Assembly: GCF_009914755.1 (NCBI RefSeq)
Contig: NC_060934.1
Source of the DNA: the human T2T-CHM13v2.0 reference genome, Homo sapiens
Direction: 5' to 3' (one strand)
DNA: 64,000 bases
The stretch's first letter is position 1, and each line of letters begins with the position of its first letter. Below are positions 17,302-37,523 of the stretch, one piece after another. The notes below the pieces were generated by a model. The model was given only the letters and a program-made list of their open reading frames with translations, was not told the origin of the DNA and ran no database searches. Both the position numbers and the translations under genes were made by a program.

Positions 17302-18173
17302 TGAACATATGTACATGTTTTTGAAATCTCAGAGGCATATCTTAAATAAAAATTGTACTTTAACAGTTACTACACTGAAGTTAATACTCAACCAAAAGTG
17401 TGTCAAGACCACCCAAATGGTTCAATTTGATAAATGCACTTTACAATAATTTTTTTATTTTTTAATTTTATTTCTTTTCTACTTAAGCATGAAAAAAGGT
17501 ATGTTTACATTTCAGAAATATAACACATTAAGAAGCCCTCTATAAACATAACCCTTTCCCAATATATTTTACTGCTTTGTTTTAAATACAATTACCTAAT
17601 AATAAATAAACTTAGATAACAATCTAAAAATCGTAATTGCAACTGTTAACATTTGCTTTGTTATATTGGAAGAGAAAATTTAAAGTTATAATAAACTGTT
17701 TGCTACATCATAGCCTAAAACTAGACAAAATTTGTCCTATATTAATTGAGCTTAACAAAAATTGTTTATTTTGTGATTCTATAAATACCAATATAATATT
17801 TTTACTCTATTATAAGTAAATTGATGTATTAGCATCACAAATTACTGTTTTCTCCCAGTCAGCCTATGAAATATGAACTTTCCATGGTAGTTGATAAAAA
17901 TACTGTGTTTAAAAAAAAAAATCACACGGTCAAGACTAGAATTTGAAAACAATAGCAGGAGCTGATATTTAAAATCACCAAGACCTATTAAAACGACAAC
18001 AGCATATTTAAACAAAAAAAATAAGCTACTAAATAATGAATGCTTGTATAGTCATAATGAAATTAGAGTAAATCTATATTAATATCATGAAAACACATCA
18101 AGTTTCTATTAGAGGAACAGAATCAACACTATCCTAACTTTTCTAAGAATTATTTTGAATATAAAACTTTTAG

Positions 18174-18471
<298 letters not shown>

Positions 18472-18746
18472 CTTTTAGGGTACAAATGGCGTCATACAAA
18501 AAAGACAGTTACGACTCTGATATTGGGACATTAACTTTTTAATAACTGGAAACCCTTGAGAAAATATTAACACATTTATAAATCAAAGACATCTCTTGTG
18601 ATTTATTACAGAACCACTTAAGGTTCATTAGATAAGCACTCGTTATTTTGTTAATATTAATACAATTAGAAAATATTTGCTGTTGGTCATGTTTTATTTT
18701 ATACATTATATTATTCTCTTAGGCCTTCAATTAAAGATAATCATAG

Positions 18747-19514
<768 letters not shown>

Positions 19515-20420
19515 CCAGAGTTTATTTTTTAAAGCAAAATAATCTGATTCATATTAATTACCAGCTAAACTTCATACTTAAAATACTAAGTTCTTTTCAT
19601 TATAAAAGCAAATTACATATTTTTCCCATGTTCTTATAAAATATGGTTCTGCTGTATGTAATGAATCTAGGTCAGCATTCACAAAGGCTATCTGAAATTC
19701 TTTTGACTTTCAGCCCAATGTAAAGTAAAACCTCAGTTATACATAAATAATTCAAAATTAGAACTTATGATGGAAATGTCAACAAGCCATAACTACTAGA
19801 TTACTAATGAAGGGTTTCACTAAACTTCCCATGAAATATAACAGATGGCAAAATTTGATAGTTTTCAGAAAATTAAAGCTATCAGAGCTATAAATGAGGA
19901 ATATATTATATACTAAACTTTATCAAGGCCAAAGCATTAAGGCTGTTAAAGTGATTAAGATATGAAGTAAACATCTCTGGAACATATAAACAGACCACAA
20001 ACCAAAACATATGTCACTTTATATTTGTTTATAACTCTATGTTTTTTAATAATTATTTTTAAGATGAAAACATTTCTGCACTGTGGCATGCAGTGATTTT
20101 TTTTCCACCTCCCTGATTACCATGCAGTCTTCAAACCCTCTCTCAGGCTGGCATTCTTTCATCAAGATTTCTCTCTGAAGTCAACTTGTCATATTTTCAG
20201 CAGGCTTTAGTGCTTTGGAGCCTTGCAAAGTTCTTTCCTCTTCTTCCTAACCCAAGCTTCTGCCCTATCCTCAGTTTCCTGTCCTCCCCCTGGCTGGAAT
20301 AAAGGGACGGCATGCTTTAGTTTCTGCATTGCCTGTTAAACACCAGTCGCACACAAGGTATGGAGCACTGGGCTTGTGTATCTGGACTCCTTTCTGCTAA
20401 TGCTTGGCCATTGCTTCTAA

Positions 20421-21023
<603 letters not shown>

Positions 21024-21321
21024 TAATCTATCGTCTTATCTCTCCTATTCTCTCCCTAAACTGAAAATTTCCCTACACTTTCCTTTTTTAACTAGAAGGC
21101 TGTTCCTACATTGTCTCCTACTTCTGTGCAAGGTGGCATTTGCCCTTTCTCTTCCCTGGGGCCATAATGGTAGAATGGTGGCAGAGAAGCACAATTTATG
21201 GGAGGAATAAAAAACACATCGTTCTGGATTTTTTAGATAGTTTTCATTATGCTATGATAAACAGTATCTAATGTTGCTGATAACATTACAGCACTTCCTT
21301 GTCTGTTACCTCCCTATCATC

Positions 21322-21770
21322 GTGTTACAACATGATGGTTGAGTTTCCAGAAAACAGACGCTGAGATGATGGAAATTTGCACACTAGAAGTTCCTGGGAG
21401 CGAGCGTTCTCAGGAACAGTGTCTATGAGGGAGGGAAAGAAACAAGACTGGGCAGAGGGAGTGGTAGGACTGTTATGTCAAAGGGCTCAGAAGGAGCTCT
21501 GGACTGAGATAGCCCATCTCAGAAGGAGCTCTGGACTGAGATCGTTTTCATATTTTCCCCAGATTGAGGCAAGAGGGCCTGCCCTTCATAGCCCTGCACT
21601 GGATATGGGCCTCTTACTGGGAAGGGCCTGTGACATTGGCCTTCAGCTGCAAGTAATTCTCTAGGAGGATTAAGCTGAGAACCCTTAGCTGAAAACCCCA
21701 GGTAGCTGGAGAATGAGTGTCGCAGTCCTGAAGGGGGACCTAGGGGACACAACACAGAATCCACTGTACA
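21322..21770. mobile_element. ERVL LTR (LTR33-like)
   Basis: aaacagacgctgagatg..gactgggcagaggga pattern; internal 25-bp duplication ctcagaaggagctctggactgagat. Confidence 0.6.
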
Positions 21771-22288
21771 TTACCAAAAGTGAAGTTAACTTCCTGCCTG
21801 TCATTGCATTTTATGCACGGGGACCCGGGGCTCAGGGAGATTAACTAATTAGATCAAGGTTCCAGATCAAATACCTGATGTATGTATTTTATGTCATTTG
21901 GCCTTCCAAATAATTTGATCAGGTGTAGCTTAATAACTTTCTTTTAAAGACAAGGCTACTGAGATTCAAAAAGCTTAAATGATTTCTGCAGGTCTTCAAG
22001 GCCAGCCAGTGGTGGAGGTAAGATCCATATCTGACAATTGCACGTCTGTGCTTTTTGTATCTCACACACTGAGTTGATGTTGCCTAAATCGCTTGGATTA
22101 AATAAATTTTAGGACTGGAAGAGACCTCAGAAAACAGTGCAACCCACTTACTATTCAAAGAAATAAAGTAACTTGGTAAATTGTTCAAGGAAATGAGGCT
22201 GCTAATAACCTCTGTGCCTCAGTTTTCTTATCAGTTAAAATGGGATGAGCCACCCACCTACAGAGGGATTTTAAGACTCAAATGAGAT

Positions 22289-22574
22289 GGCCGGGTGCGG
22301 TGGCTCACGCCTGTAATCCCAGCACTTTGGGAGGCCAAGTCGGGTGGAATCACGACGTCAGGAGTTCAAGACCAGCCTGGCGAAGATGGTGAAACCCCGC
22401 CTCTACTAAAAATACAAAAAATTAGCCAGGCGTGGTGGCGGGCGCCTGTAATCCCAGCTGCTCCTGAGGCTGAGGCAGAGAATTGCTTGAACCTGGAGGG
22501 ACAGAGATTGTAGCACTGCACTCCAGCCTGGGTGACAGAGCAAGACTCTGTCGCAAAAAAAAAAAAAAAAAAAA
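22289..22574 (+). mobile_element. Alu (AluS) inserted in a MIR
   Basis: TSD aagactcaaatgagat. Confidence 0.92.
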
Positions 22575-23345
22575 GACTCAAATGAGATAATAGATGCAAC
22601 ATAAACTTGAAACTTATTAAAATGGTACAGGATGGTCAGTATTTTGCCATTTAGATACGGAGTAAGAAGGACTTCCAACTGTTAACAACAGCAGTGTCAG
22701 GCTTGTACACTACAGTGTCACATTTTAAGTTTTGGGGGTGCTTGCACAGAAAATGTTTTTGACTTAATAAATGATTTTATTAAATTCAATTTCCTATGAA
22801 AGGTGAACAAGTTTCCATGGGATTTGTGGGGAACACAAAACTTGCTTTCTGAAAAGTTTGGATTAGCAGTTAGAGCCTAAGAGGCTTTTGCTGTGAATAA
22901 TTCTGACTGATACTCAGAATTCATAATCACGTAACTTCCTATTCTCAGATAAATAAAATAACACAGCTCAGTCTGCTTTGGTGTAAAGGAAACACCGAAG
23001 TTCCTTCCTCTGAACTTTGGAACTGTTTGTGACATAAAAACAAAAGGTCCAAAATACTTTTGTCCTTTCCTTTGTCATGCAGGCTGAGTTCCTAAAACAT
23101 CATAATTTAACAAAGTTAAAGTATTTGCTTTCTTTTTCTACCAACATCACAACTTCTGCTGTATTGAGTCCTTAGCACAGAGTTTGGGTTTTAAGAGAAT
23201 CTACAGATTGGTTGTTTGGATGTTTCTCTTATGGAAAACTCATGAGTAAATTTATATTCCATGCTTTTAACATCACAAAATAGAAAGCTCTAGTCAATTT
23301 GTTGTTCATAACACCACCACCACTGCCACTATCTTTTCAAAGGAT

Positions 23346-23840
23346 GAATTAGTCATCTTTGTTGCATGACAAATCACCCCAAACTTAAAACAATAATAAT
23401 TCTCTTTCACAGTTTCTCTGGGTCAGGAGTATGGAGCAGTTTGGATGGGTGTTGTGGTTGGGGGTCTCTTGCGAGGTTGTAGTCAGATGTCAGCTGAAGC
23501 CTTTTGAATGCTTGACTGAGGCTGGAGGAACCACGGTCAAGGGGGCTCACTCACTTGGCTGTTAGGATGGTGCTGGCTGTTGGTGGAAGATCTCTGTTCC
23601 TTTCCACATGAATTCTCCAGGGCTGCTTGAGTGTCCCCAGAGTACCGCAACTGGCTTCACCCAGGGTGAGCAATCCAAGACAAGATGGAAGCTGCAATGC
23701 CCTTATGGGCTAGCCTTAGAAGCTACCCATTGGTAACTCTATTGGTAGTTCAGAGCAGTTCTCAGCCCTGATTCATTGAAGGAGGAGACTACACAAAGAG
23801 ATAAATACAAGGAGATGAGGATCATTAGGGACTAACTTGA
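23346..23840 (-). mobile_element. MLT1-type MaLR LTR
   Basis: acaaatcaccccaaactta..cacagtttctctgggtcagga..tgactgaggctggagga. Confidence 0.7.
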
Positions 23841-24239
23841 AGGAGGAGGAGTAGGCTGATGTGTGAATTTTACTCATTTCAGTGTTCATGAATCAAGTAT
23901 GTACAGTGAGAGAGATCTGACAGCACTCCCTGCCTTCCCCCGAAGGAGGAGAAATGTCATGAAGCTAAGAGAGACTCAACATGGAAAATCCAAACCCTCC
24001 GAGGACATTTACATAGCATGCAGAGGGCTGAATGGTCCATCTGGGTGCCTCTTCATCCTCTGAAACCAGGCAGATCAACTCTCGGAATCCTGAGCCATGT
24101 TCCCAAATGGTTCTGTGATTTAAAGGCAAGTAGGCGCAGCCAGAAATAGGAAATACCATGTCCCATGCACTCGTGGGAGAAACTCTTCCCTCTTACTTCA
24201 TATCTCAACTCTGCCAGAGTCATCATGCTATGAGTGTAT

Positions 24240-24539
24240 CTTTTTTGGTTTCTTAGACAAAGTCTCACTCTGTCACCTGGGCCAGAGTGCAATGGTGCAA
24301 TCATAGCTCACTGCAGCCTCGAACTCCTGGGCTCAAGTAATCCTCACACCTCAGCCTCCTGAGTAGCTGGGAATACAGATGCATGTCACTTAGCCTGGCT
24401 AATTTTTTTTTTTATTTTTTGTAGAGACAGGGTCTCGCTTTGTTGCCCAGGCTGATGTCAAACTCCTGGGCTCAAGCGATCCTCCCACCTCAGCCTCCCA
24501 AAGTGCTGGGATTACAGACATCAGATACCACGTCTGGCC
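24240..24539 (-). mobile_element. Alu (AluJ-like)
   Basis: Dimer with J diagnostics. Confidence 0.9.
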
Positions 24540-25756
24540 CTAAAGGACTATTTAAAAACTACAGTAAAATTTTTTTATCCAGGTCAGTGGATAAATATAG
24601 AAGCCTACAAACGGCGGGTGGGGAGGGCAGGGGGAAAGCATATTCAGCAACTCTGAAGCATTCTCTGATTTGGATCATCTTTAGTAACAACTGTAATGAC
24701 CTTTCTTGACACTCAAGGTGGGAAATTCAAAATTCAGAGGGAAAAATGTAAAAGCAATCCTATAAATCATTTAGTGTGAATTTGGTTTAAATTTATTCCA
24801 CGTCAGAGAAGTTTCATTATTAATATAGTCAAAAGAGTATGTCCTAGCTTCAGATCTTTTCTGTTTATAAAGAATATTCCTCATATTCCTATTTGTAAGA
24901 AAAATGTAATCTCAAATTGTATGCATAATCTTTCCAGATTCAACCATCAGTAACTTTTTTGGAATGCCCAATAAAGATCGAAATAAGAAAGGCCTGAGAA
25001 AATTATATTTTGCCAGAAACATTTAGGTTCCTCTCTCACTTACTATACATGTCATTTCCTCTGTAACATGGACATACTTGGTGAACTTTTCATGACTCAT
25101 ACAACTTTCTTCATGGTCAAGATGACCTGGTCCTACACCTCTCAAAGTAATAAGCATAAACTGATAAGACCCTTAGTCTTTTAAAAAAAGAATACACCAT
25201 TTATGTTTGACTAAAGATGTACATTTATTATTATTTTTTTGTGGCTTCTTTATTTGTCATGCATACTACGGATTGATTCCACCCTTAGCCCTCACCCCAC
25301 CAATGGTTTCTATCACCTAGGGAATTGAGGTTTGACTTCTTTAAAAGGTTGATGCCCTGCAAAATGTATCCACATATGTCTTCTCACTATATACACTGCT
25401 AACTGTAGGGCAATAAAAATTATTATGAATATGTAATATGTAAACTATAATTAAATATACTTCAATTTTTCAAGATCACAGATTTGCATTACAAGTGATC
25501 ACAACTAAACACAATATATCTAGATGCCCATTTACAAGTCCACATGACAGTACAAGTAAAAAGATGATGTAGACGTTGGTGGCATTCTGCTTAGGGTTCT
25601 TTGGTTCAAACTGGGAAGGAGGTGAATTCTCTCCAATACCCACACCTCAGGTGTTCAGTGACATGGTACTGTCTGCTGGCTTCCTGGGATACTGAACTGC
25701 CTGTTGAATGGAAAATTGAATGAAGAGAACTCCAAGGGTAGTTCATTAAAAAAAAA

Positions 25757-26264
25757 TTTTTTTTTCCATAGGTTTTTGGGGAACAGGTGGTAATTGGTTC
25801 CATTAGTAAGTTATTTAGTGGTGATTTGCAAGATTTTGGTGCACCCATCACCTGAGCAGTATACGCTGAACCCGATTTGTAGTCTTTTATCCCTCACTCC
25901 CTTCTCACCCTTTCCCCCTGAGTCCCCAAAGTCTGTTGTGTTATTCTTATGCCTTTGCATCTTCATGGCTTAGCTCCCTCCTATGAGTGAGAACATACGA
26001 TGTTTGGTTTTCCATTCCTGAGTTACTTCACTTAGGTTAGTAGTCTCCAATTCCATCCAGGTTGCTGCAAATGCCATTAATTCATTCCTTTTTATGGCTG
26101 AATAGTATTCTATTGTGTATATATACCACAGTTTCTTTGTCCACTCATTTATTGATGGGCATTTGGGTTGGTTCCACATTTTTACAATTGCGAATTGTTC
26201 TTCTATAAACATGCATGTGCAAGTATCTTTTTCATATAATGACTTATTTTCCTCTGGGTAGATA
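25757..26264 (-). mobile_element. L1 3' end (L1PB-like), 5' truncated
   Basis: ORF 25970..26212 gives the L1 ORF2 C-terminal motif WNQPKCPSINEW..KLWYIYT.EYYSAIKRNE..FAATWMELE. Confidence 0.92.
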
Positions 26265-26286
26265 TATCCAGGGGCAGTTCATTTCT

Positions 26287-26633
<347 letters not shown>

Positions 26634-26783
26634 TAGCAGACTTTTGCATCATTCAGGTAGAGATTATAGTGGCCTAGATTAGCATGGCGGTGGTAATGGT
26701 GGTGATAATGGTGGTAGAGATGGAGAAGAGTGCAAGAACTTGGGATAGAGTTTGGAGTAGTATGGATAAAATGTTCTGATGAA

Positions 26784-27285
<502 letters not shown>

Positions 27286-27331
27286 TTAGGCTATATGCCT
27301 AAGCTGCTAGGTGAGTAGCGAGTGGAGAGGA

Positions 27332-27637
<306 letters not shown>

Positions 27638-28014
27638 GTGAAAGGAACAGACTTTGAGTATTAGAGAGGTGGATATTAGAGTTATGTTTTAGACACAACA
27701 TATTTAGGATACCTATTAGCCATCAAACTGAAGATAGAGATTAGAGTTAGAATTTGGGGCTGAAGGGTCACATATATTGAGCATGTAGACCTCTCAGCAC
27801 GCACTCAGATCCTTTGATAAGATACACCCCCATAGGTGTACCTTCACATTCACCAATACTCCTGCCCCACCCTCCCAAAGTGTCGGGATTACAGGCATGA
27901 GCCACTGCATCCAGCTATGCCAGTTTCAAAAGACTCTGTGACGTTGTCTAGAACTACTTCCAGATATGTTATGAAATCCCAAAACAAGCTAACAAAATTT
28001 TAAAAAGAAACCTA

Positions 28015-28136
28015 GGCTGGACACAGTGGCTCACACCTGTAATCTTAGCACTTTGGGAGGCTGAGGTGGTAGGATTGCTTGAGGCCAGGAGTTCAAGACC
28101 AACTTGGCCACCATAGCGAGACTCTGTCTCAAAAAA
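28015..28136 (+). mobile_element. Alu monomer (FLAM-like)
   Basis: Single monomer. Confidence 0.85.
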
Positions 28137-28976
28137 TTAGTTAATTAATTAATAAATAAGTAAATATGAAAAAAGAGGCCTTCCAATTAATTTGATTTCA
28201 CTTTAATCTTGGAGCCTTTAACACACTCTTGGAAGGAGGAAGGGCATCTTTAACTCAAATAATAATATTGTTTAAATAGGTTTGGGCATCACAGAGCCAT
28301 GGGGTAAAATGGTAGAAACCCCATTTACTGTTCTTGACCTTAAATGAAACTATTGTGAGATTTAAAGGAAGGACCAAAGAATCAAAGGGCTAGGTTTCTT
28401 CTAGCCCTAGTTCCGCCACTTTCCCACTGGGTAACCTATATATACTACAAGTCCCTGACTATCTCTGAGTTTCCTTTTGTCTTCAAAATGGAAAAGACAC
28501 CACTGACCTCCCATAGTTGCTTTGAGACTTAAGAGAGATAATGAATGTGAGTGCACCCTGTGAATGCACAAACATAAAACATTTTTAAAACCTTTGTGAA
28601 AGGGTGTGTGTTTTGGGATAGGTGCTACCTGTTAAATAAAATATTTTACTACATTTTAAGAATAAATATATACTTGAAAATATCCTTTTTGCCTTTACAT
28701 TTTAAATTGAGCATTAATAGAGGAACTCTTTGGAATAGAATTATAGAGGGGAAACGATCTAAAAATCATGGATCATGGAAAAGTGACTTTTTAGGACAGA
28801 TTAATTTATTAAAGAATATATGAAATGTATATACTAAATGATAATTTATTGGACAAAGATGAAAAGTATTCTCAAAATGAAAATCAAAGGAGTCCGAGCA
28901 TTCTGTGAATTGATAAATCTTAGAGTGTCTTATTAAATGACAGGAAAGCCAACAACCATATACTTTATATTCGCCT

Positions 28977-29308
<332 letters not shown>

Positions 29309-29852
29309 GGGATTTTTTTTATTTTTTTATTTTTTTTATGATATGGGTAAGACAGTCTGAAAACAATGTGAGTACTTTCATCAACTAATGCAGGTAATGA
29401 ACTTGACTTAATGTAAGTAAAGTGGCTCAGTGGCCACACTTCCAGGTCTTCTTGCTCTCTGTAGCTTTTGCTCTGCTTTAGACAACACAGTGCCTTTGCT
29501 CACAGACTGGCCCAAACCAGTTTTTATTTCTTCCCACTGGTGCACCTTTTTCCCATTCCAGCATCAGTTCATGTGTGTGTGATATGTTATTAGAGGTGTG
29601 GTTTATGCTGACAGACAATATAAACTGATAAAATTTATCAAAGAACTCATGTTCCCAACCTTGCATCTATACAGATTAGTGAATTGATTTAAGTTAAAGA
29701 TAAAATGTTGGATGAACACATCTACACAGATTGGTGCATTGATTTAAGATAAAATGTTGGATGTATATGCCATTTTAAAACATGACCCTTTACTTTAAGT
29801 GAATTATTTTTGGTAATTGAGCAACTCCCGGTCCTGATTGTGTCAATAATGA

Positions 29853-30449
<597 letters not shown>

Positions 30450-31336
30450 TCACAGACAGATGCTGGCTCAGTGTAAATTTCTGATGGTCAGAGCTGTCCA
30501 AAAAATACTTCCTTGGTTGATAATCCTGAGGTCAGGAGGTTTTTGTCAGAGGCAGATAGATATTTGTTAGGGATGTTCATTCATCTACTCACCTATTCAT
30601 TGACCTATTCATCAGAAGTGTATTGAGCACCAACTATATCCTCAATATATAGTTGATACAATGGGGCATTCCGTGGTGTGATTTACAAGGGGATACAAAT
30701 TCATGGAGCTTAGTCTAGAAGACAGAGGTTTGGATGATGGTAGGGAAGAGGCAAAGAAGAGCCTGAACACAATGTCCTGTTTTACTCCTCAGAGTATTAT
30801 AGGGTTTCACCTGGGAGCTTGTTAGAAGTACAGAATTTCTGGTTCCACCTGAATCAAAATCTACATTTCTAACAAAATCTCAGGGTGGTTTTGTGTTTTA
30901 AAAACACTGTTCTAGGTTTCTTTCTAAACCCAATATTACATTTTTCTGTGACTCTATATCCTTCCATGCCAATAATGAAAGATCCTGGAAGAAGTAAGTG
31001 GCTTTATGAGGCTTACAGCTGTGGAGTGTCTTCTCAACAAGGGGCCAGATTCTCAAGAAGTCACCTCAGTTTAGACCTAAGTTTCCAGGCCAGTCTAGAA
31101 AAAGTCTTAAGATACTTAATGTCTTTTTCCTAGATTATTCTATTGGCAGCCTCGGTGCTACATCTCTAGTTTCCCTTCACTAGTCCAGCATCTGCCTAAC
31201 TTTTAGATTCCACAAATAGTTAACAATTAAATCAAGCAAGAAGGAAAATCTTATTTACACCTGAGTCAATTTCAATCTCTCAGATATTTTTTCACATATT
31301 GTAGGAAACCTCGATTTTCCTTAAACATAAAATCAA

Positions 31337-31338
<2 letters not shown>

Positions 31339-31385
<47 letters not shown>
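31339..31385. repeat. (CA)n microsatellite
   Basis: Direct reading. Confidence 0.97.
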
Positions 31386-31469
31386 AGAATGTGGCCTCTT
31401 CTGCTGGAACATCTCTGATTTCTGCCATTAGGATAAATAATTTTAGCAAGGACTTTTGTGATCCGCCCC

Positions 31470-31742
31470 TACACCAATTCCTGGAGCCCCCTCATCCCAT
31501 CTAAAGCAGGTGGCCTATTATTCTCTCTCAAAGTTGTATGTTTAATTCCTTCCTGGTACTTCATTAATCATCTCGGTGATTTTCTTGGGTTTTTTTTGTT
31601 TGTTTGTTTTTTCTTAACTTGTTTACTGTCTCTTTTTTCCTACTGGGTTGTATGTCTGTGAGGGCGGAGACCCTGCCTTATTTTCCATAGCACAGTGCCT
31701 AGCACTCAGTAGCCTTAAAATAAATATTTGTTGAATGAATTA
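31470..31742 (+). mobile_element. L2 3' end
   Basis: Ends agcacagtgcctagcactcagtag..aataaatatttgttgaatgaat. Confidence 0.75.
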
Positions 31743-32953
31743 ATTAATATAGTAAAGTCATTTTTTTTACTTGAAAGTTTTACTTGCCTCATGTGAAGTT
31801 ATGGACAATTACAATTCACAGGAATTTTTCACAGAAATAACATAGAATGGCTTCAAACTTTGATTGCTAAAGGTAATTGAGGAAAAGAATGAAGATGATA
31901 CATTTTCTTTTTTAGGGCTGGAATATCTGTTTTGTCAACTGTAATTACTTACAGTTATGCTGCAGTGTAGCTTTTTCCTCTTAAGTAGATGACATCGTCT
32001 TATTACAATCTTTTTTTTTTTTAAATCTCTAACAGTGTTGTTAATCAAACACAAGACCCATAAAGTGAATTTGGGGTCATCTTGTCCTTTACTGGTTTCC
32101 TGATTGGGAGGCTCACCCTTGGCTTATGATCACATCCATTTGGCAGAAAGTCAGCTTATTTGACAGGTAAGGACATCAATATGTCTCTTTTCTTGGTAGA
32201 ATTGATCCCCCTTCACCAGAAATACAGTATAAATGGATGTGATGTGTCAAACCTGCAGATGCTGTTTTTCCTAATTCCCTCAATGCTCCCCTAGCTCATG
32301 TCTGAGGAATTGAATGAATAACATAGGGGAGGTTAGCGCCCAATATGACATCAGCTCAATAAGCTGATCAGCCTGAAGCTGAACTTGGCTGGCAGAGCTT
32401 GTTTTCCTTCCCCTGCTTCACTAAGTTATAGGTTTTACAGGAATAAGGATGTTGTCTTCTTCCTTTGCAATTTTGCAAACATATATGCCAACTGCCTAAC
32501 TGATTGATAATATTACTAACTATATACTTATGAAGTGGTTTGGACTTTATGGAAGACTATTTTAGGTAATATAAATTCTTTAGGATGCAAACACAATTTT
32601 CTTAACCCAAAAGACAAAAATTCCCATCTTCTTCGTTGAGAAACACTAAGTAATGCATGATAATTACAACCAATAAGATATTGCTGAGTGCATAGTCTAT
32701 GCTAGGCATTGCTCTAAATAATTCAGTATAGTCTCTTTTCCTACCATAGCACGCCAGCCATTGAAATGTATATAGAAGAACTAATGTAGTGAATGGGCCG
32801 TGTTAAATAATTTTATTGTTTGTTTATTAACACATTTAACAGAGAAGTCTGGCTTCACCTTCCTTTTCTTTACTTCTTAGGGTTGGAAACAATGCCATGT
32901 GAGCAGGAGAGAAATTGCTTTCATCCCTTTTTCTACCTGATGGTCTTATATTA

Positions 32954-33798
<845 letters not shown>

Positions 33799-34246
33799 CT
33801 AATGTTTATTAAAGTTTATAATAATTGGCAGTGGCTTTTTAAATTATTTTTGAAGAGTTACTTTTACATTTAAAAAAAATAAAATCAAGGTAATATTTAA
33901 AAGAATGTTAAGACAAGAATCTGGAAACATGAGTTCTAACCAGAACCTATCATGAATGAGGGGAAACCTGGAAATTACTTAACTTCTATTCTCAATTAGG
34001 TATCCATATAAAAATTTTATTATTTTATTCCAAGGCTCTTATAAACAACTTTACAGAAAAATTAAAAAGTTATCTAGTGGTTCATCTGTACCTTGTCTCT
34101 ACACATATATTTTTAAAATTTGTTGTAATCACTGTATCAGTGCTATTTTGTGATTGCTTTGTAATTTTTATTTTCTAAATTATGAAAGCCAGAGAATAGT
34201 GATTTAGAATAAATTATCATAAAAAAGAACTAATCTAGATAAACAG

Positions 34247-34590
34247 TGCTATGGCCTGAATTTTTGTGTCCATCCAAAATTTAACCCCCAAGGTGATGGC
34301 ATTAGGAGGTGGGGCCTTGGGAGGAAATTGGGACATGAGAGCAGGGCCCTCATGAATGGGATTTGTGCCTTTATAAGACACCCCACAGAGCTCCCTTGCT
34401 CCTTCCACCATGTGAGGACTCAGCAAAAGATGGCCATCTATAAACCAAGCAGGCCCTCCCCAGGCACAGAATCTACCAGCTCCTTCATCTAAGGCTTCCC
34501 AGCCTCTAGACTATGAGAAATAAATTTCTATTGTTTATAAGCCACTCCATTTACAGTACTTTATAATAGTAACCCAAACAGACTAAGACG
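34247..34590 (+). mobile_element. MLT1A-type MaLR LTR
   Basis: tgctatggcctgaa..cagactaagac termini. Confidence 0.85.
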
Positions 34591-34616
34591 GGAATTTTTA
34601 ATTCGACTGCACATTA

Positions 34617-35034
<418 letters not shown>

Positions 35035-35410
35035 TCAATATTTTTAAAATGCCCCTCTCTCCCATTATTTTAATATGTAGCTGAAGTTTATATTATAGTT
35101 ATATACTGCAAGTACTTTTGCTCCAGCCTAATAACTGGTCATCTAGAATAGATCATTGTTTATTGCATTATGATCTCTGATAACTGCTCAACTGCCTTCT
35201 CAAAAGTCAACTAACTCAGTAATACAGGAGTCTAATGTACCATCAATTATTAATCCCAAACAATACTTCCTTATTCTAATAGTACAAGTTAGGTTCAAAA
35301 TACTTCTTGTTCAATAACAATTTCAAGTCAGCCATTATAGTTTGTTTAATGGCTATATTAATCTCTGAGTCCTTAATAATTATAGAAGTAGAATGGTTCC
35401 CTGAGTACTA

Positions 35411-35799
<389 letters not shown>

Positions 35800-37162
35800 T
35801 TATTTTGAAATCTTTATTTTAAAAGTAAAACAATGACATAACTTTACATTTTTCTCCCAAATTCTTCAGTTCCTAAATGTCAGAAGTTACCTCCACAGTG
35901 AAATGGGACCCAGAGATTTTCATTAATTAATCTCCAGGAAATTCAGCAGTAAAACTTAAATTTATATTCAATGATATGGAAACTCTCCTATCACCAGAGG
36001 ACTTTGAAAGCCATGGTGAATGAGATCCACTTCTAGATCAGGACACAAAGGAGACTCAGCTGTTTGGATGGCTGATTAAAGGAATCATCTGAAATTCCAC
36101 AGTCATAACATTGGAAAACAGACATGGTTGTAACTTATTTATTTACTTAACCATCTGATCTCAGGCACGAGAGGAAAGAACATTATTATATAATTCACAA
36201 ATGGGCCTGCAGTTCATTGCACCTGATATATTCGAAAGGCTTATTTGGGCCCATCCTGCTGCCCAAGAAGGCCCACTCTCTGGTCAGAGTGCAGTCATTG
36301 GCCATGGGCCACTGATAGAGGTCAATCTGAGAACCATCTAGGGAATGAGGACCAGGGAAAAGGCTCCCCTAACCCTCCATCTGGTGTGAACTGCCTGCCA
36401 GAACACATGGAGAACCCTCCCTCTGGGAGCTGCAGCACTCGAGCAGCAGCAAGGAAAGAAAAAGCCAGGTGTAGCCAGTGTTGCTTAAGGTCTTTCTGCT
36501 TGTTTATCACCTTTGGCCTCTTATTTGTAACCCTACTGTGGATAATAGAATTAAATGTAAATAGACACATGCTCTCTTTAGAGAAGAGGTGGTGTCCTCC
36601 AACCATTCCTCCTCTTATGTAGATATACTGTGTATCTTTTTGGCTCTGTGCTCCCATCATTTCATTTTTATTTGCCTGTGTTGAGACCTGGTTCCTGGAT
36701 TTCAAAGTGCTGTCATGAGAGACAGCAAAAGAAAAGACTCCTCATAGGTCAGGATCCTGCTGAAAGAGGGCACTTATGTAATCCGATGGTCTTTTTGGTG
36801 GTCACTTTTATTCTCCACTTCAATCTGAAGTAGCCTTTGATGAGAAAGCTGCTGAAAAGCAGGAGAGTGAAAAACCATTTCTAAAACTATGAGGGTACTT
36901 TTGTTCTATGTGAAAAGTCTTCATTGAAGGTTAAGGGAGGTCCGAAAAGGCTGAGGAGGAGACCTCCACATTTGAAGTTATGATGGCAATGGCCATTGCT
37001 GATTTTGTTGAATTCACTTATTGTAATATACCGTACTGAATCCATACTCATCTACCTATGGCTGGTAAGATAATGTGATTATCCTTCCCATATTCAGAGG
37101 GACTGAACCTGATCTTTTATAATGAATAGATACACAAGTCTTGTGCTATATTCCTAATCTAA

Positions 37163-37523
<361 letters not shown>

